From NCBI GenBank assembly GCA_934086815.1, contig CAKOIM010000003.1, positions 6,805 through 70,804 on the forward strand: a stretch of 64,000 nucleotides of DNA, read 5' to 3'. Shown here one piece after another: positions 60,232-64,000 of the stretch. The translations under genes and the position numbers were made by a program. Numbering within the stretch: the first letter of the stretch is position 1; the number at the start of each line of letters is the position of its first letter. The notes below the pieces were generated by a model. That model was not told where the DNA came from. It ran no database searches and worked only from the letters and a program-made list of their open reading frames with translations. The DNA comes from an uncultured Bacilli bacterium (GTDB taxonomy: Bacteria; Bacillota_I; Bacilli_A; RF39; UBA660).

Positions 60232-60528
60232 TTAAAATAAACCACCTAAAGATGAATATTGACCTAATTTATTTTCTGTTTCTTTATCAATTTTATTAAA
60301 TGCATCTTTGATTGCCAACATAATCATATCCTCTAACATTTCCTTATCGTCTTCAGATATTTCACCATCTTTTAAAATTTTAAATTTTTTTATTTCTCTT
60401 TTACCATTAAATTCTAATTCAACCCATTCGGATTTACCTATAAAACTCATAGCATCGATTTCATCTTTCTTTTTAGTTATATCCCTTTGCATTCTTTGTG
60501 CTTGTTGCATTAATTGTTGCATATTCAT
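60232..60528 (-). CDS. ybaB: Nucleoid-associated protein YbaB/EbfC
   Basis: MNMQQLMQQAQRMQ... Confidence 0.85.
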   Translation of the reverse strand: MNMQQLMQQAQRMQRDITKKKDEIDAMSFIGKSEWVELEFNGKREIKKFKILKDGEISEDDKEMLEDMIMLAIKDAFNKIDKETENKLGQYSSLGGLF

Positions 60529-60543
60529 ATTATCATTCCTTTC

Positions 60544-62142
60544 TTATTCTACAACGATTTTATCTAAATCAAATACATTTGATATATCATTACCTATAGT
60601 TTCATTTTTTTCTTGTTTTTGTTCTTCTTGTAATTCATATTTATATCCACTTCTTACTTTAACAATATATTCTCTTTTTTCTCGTTCCCACCTATCTTCA
60701 CTTATAAAAACTAATTTATAATTATTACCAAAACTACTTTCAATTTCATTTGACTTTTTATTTAATTCCATTTCATTATGGAGAATTGTCGTTACAATAA
60801 TTACATATTTATCCGAAGAAGCAACTACAAAAGTATCGCTTACCAACCCTTTTAAAGCAATATTATCTATATTATTTATAAATGTATTCCATAATTCTTT
60901 TACTTTTAATAAATCATTTTTATTGGCATTAACAAAACAATTATTTATACGTATATCAACTTTATTTTCATTACTATTTATATTTATTTTATTTTCTTCT
61001 ATTTTTGTAATTATTTCTTCCTTATCTACTTCGTTTTTATCAGTTATAACCTGAGTTTCCATAACATTTTTTGATATTTTTTTTTCCATTTTTGGTAATT
61101 TCTCGTCATTCATTTTCAAATAACTTAATATAACCATTTTTATCAATAAATATGGATTAACATAAATATTTACTTTGTTCAAAATATCATTTAAGTCTAT
61201 TACTAAATTTTTACAATCATCATACGTTATTCTTTGACTTACATTATCCTCAAGTATTTTAATAGCAAATTCACTTAACATATAAACAATTTTCTTAATA
61301 ACTACTTTATAATTCAAGTTAATATTCTCAAAATCTTTAAAAATATTTTCTATTTGTTGTAAATCGTTTGCATCCAACGCTTCAATTAATTCCTCAATTT
61401 TTTTGTTAGATATACTTCCTATTTCTTTTGTTACTAATTCTAATGATATTTTTTCATTATTTTTTGATAATTGATCAAGCATACTTAAAGCATCCCTTAA
61501 TCCACCATCTGAAAGTACTGCTATTTCATTCAAACCATCTAATTCATAATTAATATTTTCTTTTTCACATACATTTTTTAAAGTGTTTATAACATCTTCA
61601 TCTTTTATTTTGTGAAACTCAAATTTTTGACATCTAGACACAATTGTTATTGGCACACTTTCCAAGTTAGTTGTAGCTAAAATAAATATAACATGTTGAG
61701 GTGGTTCTTCTAAAGTTAATAATAACGCATTAAATGCACTTTGACTTAACATATGTACTTCATCAATAATATATACTTTATACTTTAAGCTTGTTGGCAT
61801 TATTTTAACATTATTTATTAATTCCCGAATCTCATCTACACCATTATTCGAAGCCGCATCTATTTCAATAATATCCGGACTAACACTAAAAGATAAACAG
61901 TTTTCACACTCATTACAAGCTACCCCATTTTGGTTGTTTAAACAATTTATAGATTTAGCAAGAATTCTTGCCGTCGAAGTTTTACCTGTTCCACGGGGGC
62001 CAGAAAACAAATACGCATGGGCAACTCTATTTTCTTTTATAGAATTACTTAATATTTGCACAATATGTTCTTGTCCTACTAAAGAATTAAAATTATCCGG
62101 ACGGTATTTCCTATATAAAACTTTATAATTCACATTTTTCAC
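60544..62142 (-). CDS. dnaX: DNA polymerase III subunits gamma/tau
   Basis: GPRGTGKTSTARILA, zinc module CNECENC, DEVHML. Confidence 0.9.
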   Translation of the reverse strand: MKNVNYKVLYRKYRPDNFNSLVGQEHIVQILSNSIKENRVAHAYLFSGPRGTGKTSTARILAKSINCLNNQNGVACNECENCLSFSVSPDIIEIDAASNNGVDEIRELINNVKIMPTSLKYKVYIIDEVHMLSQSAFNALLLTLEEPPQHVIFILATTNLESVPITIVSRCQKFEFHKIKDEDVINTLKNVCEKENINYELDGLNEIAVLSDGGLRDALSMLDQLSKNNEKISLELVTKEIGSISNKKIEELIEALDANDLQQIENIFKDFENINLNYKVVIKKIVYMLSEFAIKILEDNVSQRITYDDCKNLVIDLNDILNKVNIYVNPYLLIKMVILSYLKMNDEKLPKMEKKISKNVMETQVITDKNEVDKEEIITKIEENKININSNENKVDIRINNCFVNANKNDLLKVKELWNTFINNIDNIALKGLVSDTFVVASSDKYVIIVTTILHNEMELNKKSNEIESSFGNNYKLVFISEDRWEREKREYIVKVRSGYKYELQEEQKQEKNETIGNDISNVFDLDKIVVE

Positions 62143-62177
62143 CTCCCGATAAACTCACATTAATTATATCATAAAAG

Positions 62178-62603
62178 TTAGCTTTTATCTCTTATTTCTT
62201 TAAAAAAATTATTAAGTATTTCTTTATATACTTTTTCTTCTTTATCATCATTAATTTTATGTAATAAAGTTTTAGAAAATTCTTTTTTATTTTCTGGTTT
62301 ATCCAATAAATAATAGACATTTCTTATCCTTGTTTGCTTTATTATTTCCATACACATTGAACATGGTTTTAGTGTCACATATAAGTCGTATTCGGATAAA
62401 TTCCAGTTATTATTTTTCTTACATAGTTCGTTTATAGCATTAATTTCAGCATGACCTAATATACAATTAGTTAATTCTCGTGTATTGTAACCAGCTGATA
62501 CAATTTCGCCATTTTTTACTATAGCCGCCGAAATAGGAACATCTCCATTCTTATACGAGTAATCAGCCAATCTCATCAAATATTCAAAAAATGCTATATT
62601 CAC
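62178..62603 (-). CDS. tadA: tRNA-specific adenosine deaminase (probable GTG start at 62601-62603 after AAGGAAG; the ORF track extends to 62672)
   Basis: HAEINAI and PCSMC zinc-binding motifs. Confidence 0.75.
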   Translation of the reverse strand: MNIAFFEYLMRLADYSYKNGDVPISAAIVKNGEIVSAGYNTRELTNCILGHAEINAINELCKKNNNWNLSEYDLYVTLKPCSMCMEIIKQTRIRNVYYLLDKPENKKEFSKTLLHKINDDKEEKVYKEILNNFFKEIRDKS

Positions 62604-62993
62604 TTTTAAACTTCCTTTCAATATCAAAAAAAGTGCACACAAACATAGACTGATGTGGCTGCTATTTTCCAATCCTGACCAAGTTACAGCATATTTGTTG
62701 CACGATTAAATACTAACAAATATTTTTTTTAATGTCAATAGCAAAAAAAAGCCAAAAAATTATATAAATTATTTCCCGGGAAATATTTATCTATTAAAAA
62801 AATATATCGATTAACAGTTTTATTTGTTATTTTTTTTATGATTTTTTACCTAAAATAAAGCAAATACAGTGTATTATTTTAAAATTTTTCTCTTTTTTTT
62901 CTCTTTTTTTTCTCTAGTTATATTGTGTATACTATGTATATACAATGTTTAACTGAGTTATATGTTAATAACAAGCATTAAAAAAAACATTTA

Positions 62994-63964
62994 TGTTTCA
63001 CGTGAAACATAAATGTTTTTCTAAATTAACTCAAATACATTTTTTATTATAAATAATTATTAATTAACTTTGGTTCCACGTGAAACATTAAATAAAATAT
63101 AACCAAGGTAAATACTCAATATACAATTAACTATGTTTCACGTGGAACATTACTTATAATTTTTTAATATGATTATTTGGTGTGTAAGTTATTTTGCAAC
63201 TTATATTATTGCAAAAGGTTTCACGTGAAACATATGATACAATAGCAAGATTATGAGGTTTAAATTATTAAAAAATACACAGTGTTTCACGTGAAACATT
63301 GCATAATAAAAAGATCAACTTATTCAATAACAATATTTATAAAAATAATGATATAAATTAATCATTCACTTATCAACAAATTGTTTCACGTGAAACATTA
63401 CTTATAAATTTTAATATGATTCTTTGGCTTAAAAGTTATTTTGCAACTTATATTATTGCAACAATGTTAAGGTTTCACGTGAAACACATAATACAAATGG
63501 TGTTAAAATCATAAAAAAATACACAGTGTTTCACGTGAAACATATTTTTTCTTATATATTTAATAAATAATCATAAGTATAGGTTATTTCAAATAAATAT
63601 GGATTAAAAATGATTTTTCACGTGGAACATTACTCATAATTTTCAATATGATTCTTTGGTGTGTAAGTTATTTTGCTATTTATATAATTTCAACAGTATT
63701 AATGTTTCACGTGAAACATTGCACAATTAAAAAGACTGACTTATTTAATAGCATTATTTATAAAAATAGTATTATATAAATGAATCTAGATTAAACTAAT
63801 CGTTTATAATTGATTTAGCATAATCATTTACTTAATATCTAAGATACTTTATCAACAAATTGTTTCACGTGAAACATATTTTTACTTATATATTTTATAA
63901 ACAATCATAATTATAGGTTATTTCAAATAAAAATTGATTAATAATTAATGTTTCACGTGGAACA
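62994..63964. repeat. Array of 12 parS-like 16-bp palindromes (TGTTTCACGTGAAACA / TGTTCCACGTGAAACA and one-mismatch variants) embedded in higher-order ~90/250-bp repeats; candidate ParB/Spo0J centromere cluster
   Basis: Sites at 62994, 63072, 63134, 63217, 63283, 63382, 63471, 63527, 63614, 63703, 63861, 63949 (each 16 bp). Seven are perfect matches to the parS consensus and five differ at one position. No ORF >=60 aa between 62700 and 64000. Confidence 0.8.
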
Positions 63965-64000
63965 TTAATTATAGATTTTTAATATGATTCTTTAGTGTGC

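Noticed and set aside
62994-63964. Repeat array that could be mistaken for a CRISPR locus
   Set aside because: The repeats are 16-bp perfect palindromes matching parS. Spacing varies from 56 to 158 bp. The 'spacers' are themselves homologous to each other (higher-order repeats). No cas genes are visible.
1-64000. tRNA and rRNA genes
   Set aside because: No cloverleaf-compatible segments with a GTTCGAATC-type T-arm or rRNA-like conserved blocks were found in the intergenic regions.

Overview
Low-GC (~26%), standard-code chromosomal segment from a spore-forming Firmicute. Gene order follows the Bacillus-type ori-proximal region: dnaX-ybaB-recR ... holB-yaaT ... pth-mfd-spoVT ... fhs ... dut-metG-tatD ... 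ksgA-yabG-veg ... spoVG ... yabP-yabQ-divIC ... clpP, gap, ftsEX, whiA, truA, rplM-rpsI. Almost all genes are on the minus strand. Nine observations stand out. (1) A cwlD-like amidase gene is split by an ~8.9-kb integrated element (11953..20894). The element has 9-bp direct-repeat junctions and carries a large serine recombinase, a DinD-like gene, an HTH/Rep-like gene, a coupled 209-aa + 716-aa tail-anchored gene pair of unknown function, and an NDT-MazG-dNMP-kinase trio whose kinase has an in-frame TGA. This resembles the developmentally excised 'intervening elements' of sporulation genes. (2) About 12 canonical parS (ParB/Spo0J) palindromes lie within ~1 kb of higher-order repeats just past tadA at the window end. 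(3) Two paralogous modules of a large secreted/anchored protein plus a divergent XRE regulator flank the gap..ksgA block. (4) A T-box-like leader sits upstream of dut-metG. (5) A 21-bp-phased direct-repeat array lies near gap. (6) An Abi_2 abortive-infection gene is translationally coupled to htrA. (7) nrdG appears without nrdD. (8) There is a 600-bp unexplained intergenic region. (9) The dltA 5' end is truncated at the window start.
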